64,000 nucleotides of DNA from Monocercomonoides exilis PA203 (taxonomy: Eukaryota > Protista > Preaxostyla). Made by a program: the position numbers and the translations under genes. Location: contig LSRY02000046.1 of assembly GCA_001643675.2 (NCBI GenBank), positions 372,001-436,000 on the forward strand, written 5' to 3'. Below, piece by piece: positions 12,801 through 23,572 of the stretch. The notes beneath the pieces are model-generated. The model did not search any database and was not told the DNA's origin. It saw only the letters and a program-made list of their open reading frames with translations. Position 1 is the stretch's first letter; each line of letters starts with the position of its first letter.

Positions 12801-14644
12801 CTGTGTTCCATTTTGCATCTTTGCGAGACGACTCAGAAGTTGTCAGCTTTTTGGGCAGTTTGGTCGAAAAAGAAGGATTCGATGCGTTTTCGTCATTGCC
12901 AATAGAAGAGTTTGAGAAGACGAAGGAGTCGGTGAAGAAACTGGTGGAGGCTGAAGGAGAAGTGGAAGAAGTGAGGTTTGAAGAGAGGAGGAGGAGGAAA
13001 AGAGAGAGCGGAGGAGGAAGTGAAAGAAGTCCTGTGAATATACCAAATGATGTGAATGAGATTGGAGAAAGGGCTAAAGAAGAAGGAGAAGGAGAAGAAG
13101 AGAAGAGAAGAGAGAAAGAGGATAAAGACACGAAAGATAGCGAAGACGATGAGAAGAAAGAGAGAGAAAGCGAAGAAGGACTCAAAAATGGAGCAGAAGC
13201 AACACCAGAAAGAAGAACAGAAAGTGAGAAAGGAAACGAAGAAGCTGTGAAAACGCCAACATCAACTGGATCGAAGAAGAAATGGCATCATTCAGATGTG
13301 TTTGTGGCAATGGATGAAGAAGGAAGAGAAGGAAAAGATGAGAAAGAAAAAGAGAAAGAGAGTGAAGGAAAGAAAGAGCAGAAGCGGTTCAATCAACAGT
13401 ATTCTGTGTTTAGTGAAGCAGAAGGGAGAGCAAAAAATGCATTGAAAGGAGAAGACGAAGGAGAGAATATTGTTTTGGATGAAGAAGATTACTTCCTCAG
13501 CCAAATCAATGCAAACACAGAGCATCCACAGTCACTGCAGCATTATCTGAATGAGTGCACTGATGGGAATGATGAAGCTCCAACCACACTTTCATCATCT
13601 TCTTCTTCTTCTTCTTCAATTTCTTCTTCTTCTGTCTCCCCTCCTTCTTCTCTCCTCCCCCTCATCTCCCGTGCTCTTCTGCAGCGTCTGTGCCTGTCCT
13701 CTTCCTCCAAAGCATACAGCCTCCTCATCAACAGCGTCAACAAACAGCTCCAAACACCTTCTGTGATTGCTCTTCTCCACAGAAAAAGCGATTTCCTTTC
13801 TGAATGCGCCAGCCGCAACGCCGACTTGTGCACAATCGACGCTGAAGACAACACACTTCTGCATTTGTGTGCCAAACCTCCGAAAGAAAAAGTGGATTGC
13901 CTGCCGAACATGCGGAGGTGGGAAGAGGAGAAAGAGAGAGAGAGAAGGAGGAGAAAGATGATGGCGATGATGACACGGAGGATGAGCGAGGAGCAGATGC
14001 TGGAGCCAGCTGATGGATCAGACGCTCCGTTCTCAAAACTGACAGCATCATCCTCGTCATCGTCATCATCTTCTTCTTCTGTTCTTTCCGAAGAAGACGG
14101 TGGCACCGTCCCGCTCCGCCTGCTCCCTCCTCTTCTGCAGCTGGGCATCCCTGTCAACGCGTGCGACTGCTACGGTGTGACTGCACTCCACTTGGCAGTC
14201 GATCAGCATCTGCAGAGGATGACAAAGATGCTCCTGTCAGCAGGTGCCTCACCCGATGTCTCAAACGCCATCGATGGCGACACCACCCTTCACATCTGTG
14301 CGCAGAAGGGGATGGTCGATGCAATGGCACAGCTGCTTGCGCTCTCCCGTGCACTGAATGTGGACATCCCCAATGCTGATGGGACAACGCCGCTGCATCT
14401 GGCGGTGCTATCGTCTTCACTGGAGATTGTCAGACTGCTGTTAAAAGCAGGTGCACAGCCCAATCTGTGTGACAACAGAGGATGGACACCTCTCCATTGC
14501 GCATGTGCTGTTACGATCTTGTCTCTTGACTCGATTCATGAGGCTAGCAATAATAATAATAATAGTGGTGGTAGTAGTAGTAGTAATACTAATGGCAGTG
14601 GAAATGATGATGATGAAGCACAATCATCAGCTTCATCCTCCTCT

Positions 14645-14679
<35 letters not shown>

Positions 14680-15763
14680 ATACAAAGAAGAGATAACCGT
14701 CCAGCTCGTTGTCATCACCGAGCTGCTGGCACACGGCGCGCACCCTCTCATCCCCACTGCCGACGGCCATCTTCCCTTCGACCTGCTCAAAACACCCATC
14801 GAGAAGCAGCGTCTGGCTGAGCTGTGCATCCACTTCCTTCCCTCTGGACTGAAATTGCCTCCTCCTCCTCCTCCTCTCCCAGCTGGCATATCCCCTGCCC
14901 CTGCCTGCCCTCAATGCCATCAGAAGTACGGCCTCTTCACCAGCCGTGCTGTGTGCCGTGTGTGTGGCAGCGCCATCTGCAGCAAATGTGCCAAACTCAC
15001 CCCGCTTTTCGTGCATTGTGTGAGCGAGCCACAGAAAGTGTGCCAGAAATGCTATGCGCAATGGGCTCATCTGTCTGACTGCGGGTATTTGGCTGCTGTT
15101 GCTCCTTGGCCGCTCTCTTTCACAGTGTTCTACCCTCAGCCTGAACAAGCATGGGGAACTACCACTGCCTCTACTCTTCTATCTAATTCTTCTTCTTCTT
15201 CTTCTTCTTTGTCTTATTCTAATTCGAAGTATTCAAATGGATTTGTTTCTCCTGCTGCCAGAAAGGCGTCTGGTTCATCTCTCTCTGATATTGTTTCATC
15301 ATCTTCTTCTTCTTCCTCTTCTTCTTCTTCTTCTTCCCTTTCATTGGAAGAGCAGTCAAACATCCCTCAGAACCGAAAAGCCAGCACCACATCTCCAATG
15401 CCCCCTCCACCAATCATCACAGACTCCCTCGCCTCTTTCTCTTCCTCCTCCCCATCCATCTTTTCTGAGAGCACTTCTTCTCTTTCTCCTTCTTCTTCCT
15501 CTTCCTCTTCCTCTTCATTGTTGCCTTCTTCTTCTTCTTCTTCAATTGCAGATTCTTCATTGCAATTTGCTCAGAACAGCAAGCAGGCGATATTTACTAT
15601 GCAGACTTCTACTTCGTTTTTGAGGCTTCCTGATCAATCTGAGCTGTCGCCGCTTGCTGTTTGGTTTAAAAAGGCACAGAAGAAGAAGCAAGCTCAATTC
15701 ACTCTTTTTGAATATGCAGAAACCGCTGCTTCAATTTCGGAACAGAAACCTGAAAAGAAATAA
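6849..15763 (+). CDS. Very large ankyrin-repeat protein with C-terminal FYVE-like zinc finger (ANKFY1/rabankyrin-like architecture), 3 exons
   Basis: Ankyrin motifs GWGPIHEC, GWTLLHYAA, GRTALHY, GNTPLHMC, PTPLHFAS, GVTALHLA, GDTTLHIC, GTTPLHLA, GWTPLHCA. Zinc finger CPQC..CRVCGSAICSKC..VCQKC near 14900-15055. Introns about 7054-7152 and 7272-7372 join ATG 6849 to the 2766-aa ORF. Confidence 0.88.
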
Positions 15764-15985
15764 TTTCTTTTTTTTTTTATTCTGATCTTAGAAACTTTAA
15801 TGTTGAAACTTTTATTATCAATTAAAGTCTTTTTGAGTTACGGTTAATTTAGAGCTATTTTTTAACCTTATTTTTATAAAGTCATACATTTTGTAAGCAA
15901 TGAAATGTTTGTACCCAATTTTTAAATTTTTTGAAAGGAGGATAAAAGAGTGAGGATGGAAATTTTATTTTTGAACAATCAAGCA

Positions 15986-16139
15986 TCCCTTGTTCTGTGC
16001 GTAAGCTCAAAAAATGCTTAGTGCATCGGAACATAAAGTTTAAAACAAGGGACAATCAAGAGTATATAAGTATGAATTTTTACGCGCGTTGATTCGATAT
16101 CTGAGCAGAATCATCGTCTGGTCGCTTCATACAACAAAT
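15986..16139 (+). ncRNA. Candidate H/ACA-like structured RNA
   Basis: Hairpin tcccttgtt...aacaaggga with inner tgttctgtgcgtaagc/gcttagtgcatcggaaca, AGAGTA (ANANNA) at 16059-16064, second hairpin gtatgaa/ttcatac with internal loop and tgattc/gaatca upper stem, ACA at 16134-16136. No target identified. Confidence 0.35.
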
Positions 16140-16332
16140 AAAAATTAAAAAATAGAATATCTGTAATTAAAAATGCATTGTGTTTTTTAAAATGAAGTGA
16201 AAAATGAGCTGTTAATGAAATGAGGAAGCGATATGAATTTTTAATGAATGTGAGTGAATTGTGTATTTTTGAAATGAAATATTTTAACAAAATGAGAAAA
16301 TGCTTAGCAATTGAAATTGCTTGCTAATAGTT

Positions 16333-16909
16333 TTATGAATCAGTAGCGTGTTCTTCATCAGGATATGAAAATTGTTGGAAGACACTCTAAATATAATATC
16401 AAATTTTAAAAGCATGATCAAAAGTGAAATAACCAGACTTGTATGATGTCCAACATGATTTCATCATTTACTCTAGCTTTATGTTCATGGCTCAAGTGTC
16501 TGTCACATTCTCGAGCCAACTTTTTGAAATAAAGAACAGAAGCAAGAAGAATCTAAGATTTAAATAATTATAACGTAATTTACAATCAAATGTTAAAATT
16601 CAAACTGCAGTTCGAGCTTCTTTTTCTAACTTTACTGATGGAAAGTGCGTATCCCAATACATCTGAAGATATTTATCGAATTCTTCCATTCTTTGATCTT
16701 TATTCCTTTATTATTTTGCTTTTATTTTTTGTTGATGTCGTTAATAATTAACCATTCCGTTATTCATGTAAATTTTGTTGTAGAAAACATTCTTTCATTT
16801 CGCCTTGAAGTTCCACTTTTTGGTCAAACTCTTGAAGAAGTGTTTTACAGCATCTTGGAAGCGAAACAAGTACACACTCTTGATGTGTGATTGTTGTAAT
16901 TTCTCGCAT
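16333..16909 (-). CDS. Small histone-fold protein (CENP-W or DPB4/NF-YB-like), 4 exons, about 125 aa
   Basis: Three GT-AG introns give MREITTITHQECVLVSLPRCCKTLLQEFDQKVELQGEMKEYQRMEEFDKYLQMYWDTHFPSVKLEKEARTAILLASVLYFKKLARECDRHLSHEHKARVNDEIMLDIIQSVFQQFSYPDEEHATDS*. The C-terminal half has helix-loop-long helix-loop-helix spacing of a histone fold. Confidence 0.6.
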
Positions 16910-17237
16910 TCTTATATGATTTTTTTTTGCTTCCAAACGTTTTGTTAACATACATGTTTAATTGTTTTAGGGATATCATTTATTTCTATTCCCAACTTCT
17001 CTTGCGGACTCTTTTACTTCCATATGCACGACTGAACATGATGGGGCAACTTTTAGTATTTCAAAGACAATCATTAATAGATGTCCTTTATGTGAATGTG
17101 GAAGCATTGCTAGAGGCCATTCAACAATTTCACAAGAAGATAGTTTTGCTTACTAATTTTTTTTTCTAAAGTAATTTCACATCTTTATTGCTCATTTAGC
17201 CGAACCTCCTCCTCAATATCGTGCATCTCCATTGACT

Positions 17238-19662
17238 ATGAGCAGAAGCGCACATAATACATTGCATGGTTCCCCAAGTATTTCTTTGGCTCAGTCATCA
17301 GACCCGAATCAATTAATTATTTCTTCATGGTTTGAATAGTTTCAAATGATTTGAATAAACAAAAACTTAATTCAATAAATTTTTGGTTTGGCACTCTTTT
17401 TATAAAGTGTTGCTTCGCTGGATAACGTTATTGAACGTCTCACGAAGTTGAGTCACGAATTGCCTCAAAGCCTGACGATTGATCATAGCCAACATCCTCC
17501 TTTACCAGTCTCAAGCCGCACAAAAAACCCTACAAATTCAACGTCTGTAAAAAGGCCACCTGATCCATCTGACGAATATGTTGAGTCAGAAAATCCACTT
17601 TTATCATCTTCCTCATCATCATCCTCTTCCTCCACCTCTTCTTCTTCTTCTTCTTCTTCGAGCCGTTCCATCTCAGAGCGAATACTGTTTGAAGTTGAGC
17701 ATATCAGCATCATCAAAGACACTCTTTCACACATTTCTTGCACTTCTCAGCCACTCGCCAGTTCACTTCATGCTTCTTCTCCTCTTTCTGTCTCTTCTTC
17801 TGATACTTCTGAGTCTTCCCCTGATATTCGATCCACGTCGCCTTCCTCATCCAATTCAAATGCTCTACCTTCTGAACTTCCTCTTCTTTCTTCTGCATCT
17901 TCTTCGACTTCTTCTTTTTATTCTTCTTTGTCATCATCTTCCTCCTCTTCCTCTTCTTCTTCCTCTTCATCCTCTTCCTCTTCCACAGATGATCCTGCCC
18001 TCTATGATGATATACAGTCAAGTCACACTCCTGTCTCTTCTATCTCCATCTCATCTCAAATGTCTCTCAACCACACTTCATCGGATGAGAACGAAGCACA
18101 TCCACAATTTACAAGTTCTTCCTCTTCATCTTCATCTTCTTCATCTTCATCTTCATCTTCATCTTCATCATCATCATCATCATCTTCTTCTTCTTCTTCT
18201 TCTTCTTCTTCTTCTTCTTTTTCTTCTTCTTCTAATTCTTCTTCTTCTAATTCTTCTTCTTCTAATTCTTCTTCTAATTCTTATTCTTCTTTGTTAAGTG
18301 GAACTATAAGCAGACCCCAGCCTCCACCTTCGCTAAGCATTAATGCATTTTCAGTTCTGCCTGCTTATGGAAGATTAGAGAGTTTCAGCGAAGGGAAGAT
18401 GAAATCAAGCAATGTACATTCAGAAGAAGAGCACGACAGCAGCGAAGAAAGTCAGAATGAGAGAGAAGGGAACACAAAGGGAAATGAGAGAAATGGAATT
18501 GATATTAGACATGAAGATGAAGAAGATGAAGACGAAGAAGAGAGTGAAGGAAGAGCAATGGAAGTGGGAGATTTTGTAGTTGATGAGCAGATGGATGGCG
18601 ATGTAGCGAAGATGAAGATACAGGAGATGGAGAGAGAAAGGAAAGTGACGAAGGAAAAGAAGAGAGAAAGAGAAAAGGAAAGAGAAAGAAACAGAAGCAG
18701 AGAAAAAGAAGGGCAAGTGAAAGGGAAGGAACGAGAGAACGACGAGCGAGAAAAGGAGAGAGACGAAATGGCTCAGCTGAAGATGTTTGGGAAGGAAGAA
18801 GAGCAAAATTCCTCTGGCTGTCCAGGGGCAGGCGAGGAAGAGATGAAGAAGAGAGAGCGTGGGGTATCAGAGGCACTGGAGGAAGAGATCAGAGCAACAA
18901 AAGAGGCAGCCAAGAAATTCAGAGAGGAGGAAAGAATGGTCGTGAAAGAGTATCAAGGTTTGTGGTGTGGATGAAGAAAAGGGATAAAAGGATAATTATA
19001 AATGTGTTTTATTTTATTTTATTTATGTTTTTTCTTTTTTCTTTTTTTTTTTTTTGAAAATATGCTTTTTGAACAAAATATTTTGTTTCTTATGCAAATT
19101 CTCTTTTCCAGCTGATGCACGAAATGCCCCTCTGACATTTGTGGAGCGAGTGAGGGAATATTCAAAGCGGAAGGCAGACGAAAAGGGGTATTCTCTTTCA
19201 GCCCCTTCTGCTGTTCCTTCAGCTTCAGGTGCAGTTGTGCTTCAATCTCCTTCTCTTTCCTCCTCTTCTTCCTCCTCCTCGTCGTCATTCTCCTCTACTT
19301 CTTCCTATCTCTACGTCTCTTCCTCCGCACAGGGGTTTCACCCAACCCCTTCTTCAGCAGCAGCACCAACAAGATCAGCAGCGTCAACAGCAAGTGAGCA
19401 GAGTGTTTCTGAGCAGTTTTCGTCGAATCCGCTGTATGTGTCTATCTCTACACAGGGCATCCTGCTGGCTGATGATGCTAGGATGGCAGATACCGAGAGT
19501 GGAAGAGAGAGAGAAGGAAATGTGATGAATGATGAGCAGATACAAACAAAGACAGACAGCAAAGCAGACGATGACAGCAGCGATGACTCGTCTTTTACAA
19601 CTCCTCCGCCACCATTTTCTGCTTCACAGCTGAATCATGACCCACATTATGAGACGATGTGA
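17238..19662 (+). CDS. Hypothetical Ser-rich / Glu-Lys-rich low-complexity protein, start uncertain
   Basis: ORFs 17448-18974 and 19054-19662 are joined by a GTTTG..CAG intron (about 18958-19111); an upstream exon at about 17200-17329 splices in frame; a further open exon-like stretch at about 16971-17142 has no in-frame ATG. No recognisable domain. Confidence 0.6.
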
Positions 19663-20100
19663 ATGCTATCTATTGATCTTTCCTCTTTATGATTTTTGTG
19701 TATGTTTTTTATCTTAAATGTGTTGAAAGCTCAAAAATGGATTGTTTGAGCAATGTTATTTTGAGATTTTAATTTGTTCAAGTTGAATTTTGGTTAGAGT
19801 AATTAATTTTTTATTTATTCAAAAAGTTTTATTTTTTATTTCGTCAAAAAATTTTTTGTCACAATTGTAACTATTTAAAATATATTCCGCAATGTGTGGT
19901 AGTTACTTTTTCTTTCTTTTCTTTTTTTCTTTAATTATTTTATGCATATTATAATCTATTTTTTATATTTATTACCAACATTTTAATTTTTCAAGAACAA
20001 TTTTGTTTTTTTGTGTTAATTAAACTATAGACAAGCAATTAACGAAAATTTTTGAAGGCATACGTTAATACTTTTTATCAACTGTCATTGTTTTATCAAT

Positions 20101-21455
20101 TATCTTAAATTCCAAGAGAAGATTTCCCAACTTGAGTGTTGCTCTTTTGGTGATCAAAAACAGAAAGTTGATGAAATTAAAATTTTGATGGATGAGATGG
20201 ACAAAATAGAAATGAGATCAATTATGTCTAGTGGATTATTTAATGAAATTAATAAAATGATGAATGAATAAAAATTGGTAATGGAAAATGCATTGGTTTT
20301 GTTGAAACATATCGGTTGCTACAACGTTCTGAAATTATTTTATAATTCAAGATTTTGTCGCTTAATGGGAAAACGATTAACAAAGATGATTTTTGAAGAA
20401 GAAAAGAAGAAAGATGAAAAGAACGAAAAGCTAATGATCGAACTTTGTGAATGCTGTCTTATGTTTAATGAACGCATTTACTCCATCAGATTAATTTCTG
20501 CTTGCGTGCCTTGCCTTCTGAAAGTTGCATTGAGAAAAGATGAAAGCATGGAAGCTCAAAAAGAAGTTGAAATGTCTTTGTTGGCTTTGAGCAGTGCAAT
20601 CTATTCTGAGGTGTGAAAATTGAATTTTTTTTAAAAAAAAAATTAGCTGACTTCTGATTGTTACATACAGGAACTAAGGAAAGAACAATATTTAAATGAA
20701 ATCACGGAAGTCATCCAATATCATCAGGAGCATCGGAACCTCACTCGACTTGCCGATCAGTCGGCTTGGATGTTTTTCATAGAGTGCATAAATTGTGATA
20801 AGAAAATTGAAAGTGAGATTGTTAATGAATTGCAATTTTCGAGAGAAGCAGCAAAAGAGTTAGAAGAGTTGGAAATATATGTTGAATGGAAGAAGAATGG
20901 AAAGTCAATGAGCGAGTTGAAAGAAATTGAAATAATACGGAGATGGTATAGTGCAATATGTTTTAACATTCAAAAAAAAATTCGAACACAAGAAAACGGA
21001 AGATTGATCGCATCCATGATAAGAATGTGTGGAAAAACAAAGAATAATTACAGATGCGTTTATTTTGAATGTGCTATGGTTTTTGAATTTATCCTAAATG
21101 GGGAATTGGTCGATTATGATGATTTGTAAGAAGGCAGAGCTGTTGTTTTTTTTTTTTGAGTGAAATATGTGGACAAACATCAATGGATCAAATAAAATGC
21201 TGCATTAAATTCTTTTCCTCACTTTCAAGAAATTTGAATAAAGGAAATAAAATGAAAAGAAAAACCGAAAATTTTAATGCAGATGATGAAAAATATGAAA
21301 CAAAAGTTGACATGGGAAAAAGAAATATATTTGAAAAACTGGAGGAGGAAGGATATGAAGATATGATCATCCAACAATACAATATGTTACAAAGTCTTTT
21401 GTTTAGTAATTCATTTTTGCCAAAATCCCCCAATAATTATTTTATATATTTATGA
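20101..21455 (+). pseudogene. Pseudogene of a lineage-expanded helical protein family (MENA.LLLKH.G / CVPCLLKVAL / QKEVEM.LLALS / YHQEH.NLTRLA / EKLEEEGYED type)
   Basis: Family-like motifs run across one intron (about 20611-20670) but are broken by in-frame TAA at 20269-20271 and 21127-21129 and a frameshift at a T12 run (21146-21157). Family assignment is from memory of Monocercomonoides proteins. Confidence 0.7.
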
Positions 21456-21796
21456 AAATAAAAAAATATTTGCTATTCATTTATTTTTTTCAATTAAATG
21501 AAAATTGAAGTTTTTGTTCTTTTCATAAAAAAGTTTCAGAAGCAACTTAACAAAAATAAAGGTTGCATCAAAAATAATGCATAAAACAGTCTTATCTGCA
21601 GCTGCTCAACGAATTGAAAAGATAGTTTTTTGAATGATTTGTGCAGCTTCAGGTAAAACGGTGTGTGCTTAATTTTCTATGCAATTTTTTGAGTTTTAAA
21701 GACCATATGATCAGTTGCTCCAAAAGAAATACCAAATGATAATTCATATCTTTAAAGATATTTATTAATATTTTTTGAAAATGTTCCTTTTGTTTC

Positions 21797-21972
21797 AATT
21801 TCTGGTGAAAGTGATAATTGAATGTTTTCATCAAATTTTCATTCCGACTCACCATATTTCACCGGCATGGAAACAAATCCTTGGCATAGATTTTATTTCC
21901 ATTCCAGTGAAAATTGGAGAGTTGGAATGAAAATTTGATGAATATATTCTTTTTTCATTTTCACCTGAAATT
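21797..21972. repeat. Imperfect palindrome, arms about 83 bp, loop about 9 nt
   Basis: ttcatcaaattttcattccgactcaccatatttcaccggcatggaaacaaatc matches the reverse complement of gattttatttccattccagtgaaaattggagagttggaatgaaaatttgatgaa, and pairing extends outward through aatttctggtgaaa/tttcacctgaaatt. Confidence 0.85.
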
Positions 21973-22388
21973 TTTGCAAAAAAAAAAAAAAAAACCTATT
22001 TTTATAAAATTTCAAACAAGTGGTCAAAATTTGAAACGAAAAAAATATCCACAAATATATGCGCTTGCAATTTTTTTCGAAGAATAATACTTTTTTTTAA
22101 TAGTCAACATTGAGATGAAATTGTGTTGACTGCAAAAAAAAATCAATTGAAGTTATTTAATTTTAACTTTTTTGCACATCCTCATCTTTGTTTCTCATTT
22201 CAATTTCGAAAACATTTTCAGAAAAATGTTCGTTTTGCAAAAAAATGACAAAAGACAAAATTTTAATTATTCTTCAGAGGTGACTTTGTTTGAAATTTCA
22301 GACTTTTTGAAAAACAACTTACGGATTTTAAAATGTGTTTTCTTTCAGAAAAGAAATAGCACCGATTGTGGAAAAAAACTGGACATCA

Positions 22389-22740
22389 CAAAAAATACAT
22401 GAAAAGATCGATTTCTCATTTATTGCAAGAAATAGTTTTCTGATAATTTTCCTCCAAAAGAATCTTATTTTTACCAACACTTTTGGTATGCTGGGGTTTC
22501 ATTTTTTATGTCGACTGATAATTATTAAAAAAGTTTTATCAAAAAAAATATCAAAGAAATTCAAAATCCTATTTCTCAGAGAAACAAATAATAAAAAAAT
22601 TTTTTTGTTTTCATTTGACATTAAAAATGAAACCCCAGCATCCCAAAAGAGTTGGTAAAAATAAGATTCTTTTGGAGGAAAATTATCAGAAAACAACCTC
22701 TTGCAATAAATGAGAAATCGATCTTTTCATGTATTTTTTG
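22389..22740. mobile_element. MITE/foldback-like element with 124-bp inverted arms and about 104-bp spacer
   Basis: 22389-22512 is a near-perfect reverse complement of 22617-22740 (aaaatacatgaaaagatcgatttctcatttattgcaaga...atgctggggtttcattttt). No ORF and no clear target-site duplication, so the repeat is certain but mobility is inferred. Confidence 0.6.
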
Positions 22741-23572
22741 AGTTATGGGTGATTTTTATTTTTGAAATCATAACTTTTTTTAGTGTGTTGCTTTTTCAAA
22801 AATTGTTTGTTTTTGGGAAAAGTTAATTGTATTCAAATGCTATAAATTTTACAACTGTTTGAAAAATTAATTTTTTTACTCAAATATTATGATGATTTAT
22901 TCAATAAGCCTTTTCATTTTTCAGCGTTCTTTTGTAGATATTCAAGGGAAATTTTTGAACCGATATTTTTGAAAGAAAAAATATGATTTTAAAATAATCA
23001 CACACGTCAGAAAAATTTTGCACATTCTTCAACTTTTTATGATAATTTTTTTCATTAAACACTGTGAGATGTTATAAAAAATTGAATAAAATGTTTTTCA
23101 AAATTATTAATGATGCATTCGGTGAGACAAAGGGATAATTCCGAAATTTGTTTTTCAATTGAAGACAAAATGATTCTCATCGCCCTTCCCCTCCACCACC
23201 CAGGATATAACCTCAAAATTTTGATATTTCTATCTTTTTCAGAATAATTTCATTTTCATATACTTGGAATAATAGCTGCGTTTCAACATTACTTATTTAT
23301 TAAAGCTATAGGGTTGATTTTCTATATATATTTTTTATCACCAAAAATTTTATTAAAAAATTAAAAAAATTATGAATTAATGAAATGTGAGTTCAATTGC
23401 TACCCACAACTAGCTATATTTTAAAAACATATTATATAAAACAAAAACATAACTTTTAAATAAAAATTTATATTAAAGAAATTCATTCAATAATTCTCAA
23501 TCCATTTCTTTCAAAAAAATAAAAATTGATTAAAAAACAAAAAATAAAAAGAATTTGCTTTTCACCTCAACG

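Noticed and set aside
16050-16085. Spliceosomal snRNA (U2-like atcaag..gta, U1-like atactta on the minus strand)
   Set aside because: Matches are partial; the branch-pairing GTAGTA and ACCTG motifs are missing.
20269-21129. In-frame TAA codons as evidence of TAA/TAG=Gln reassignment known in some oxymonads
   Set aside because: Intact genes here end in TAA or TAG and have no internal TAR over thousands of codons; the same locus also has a frameshift, so pseudogenisation is simpler.
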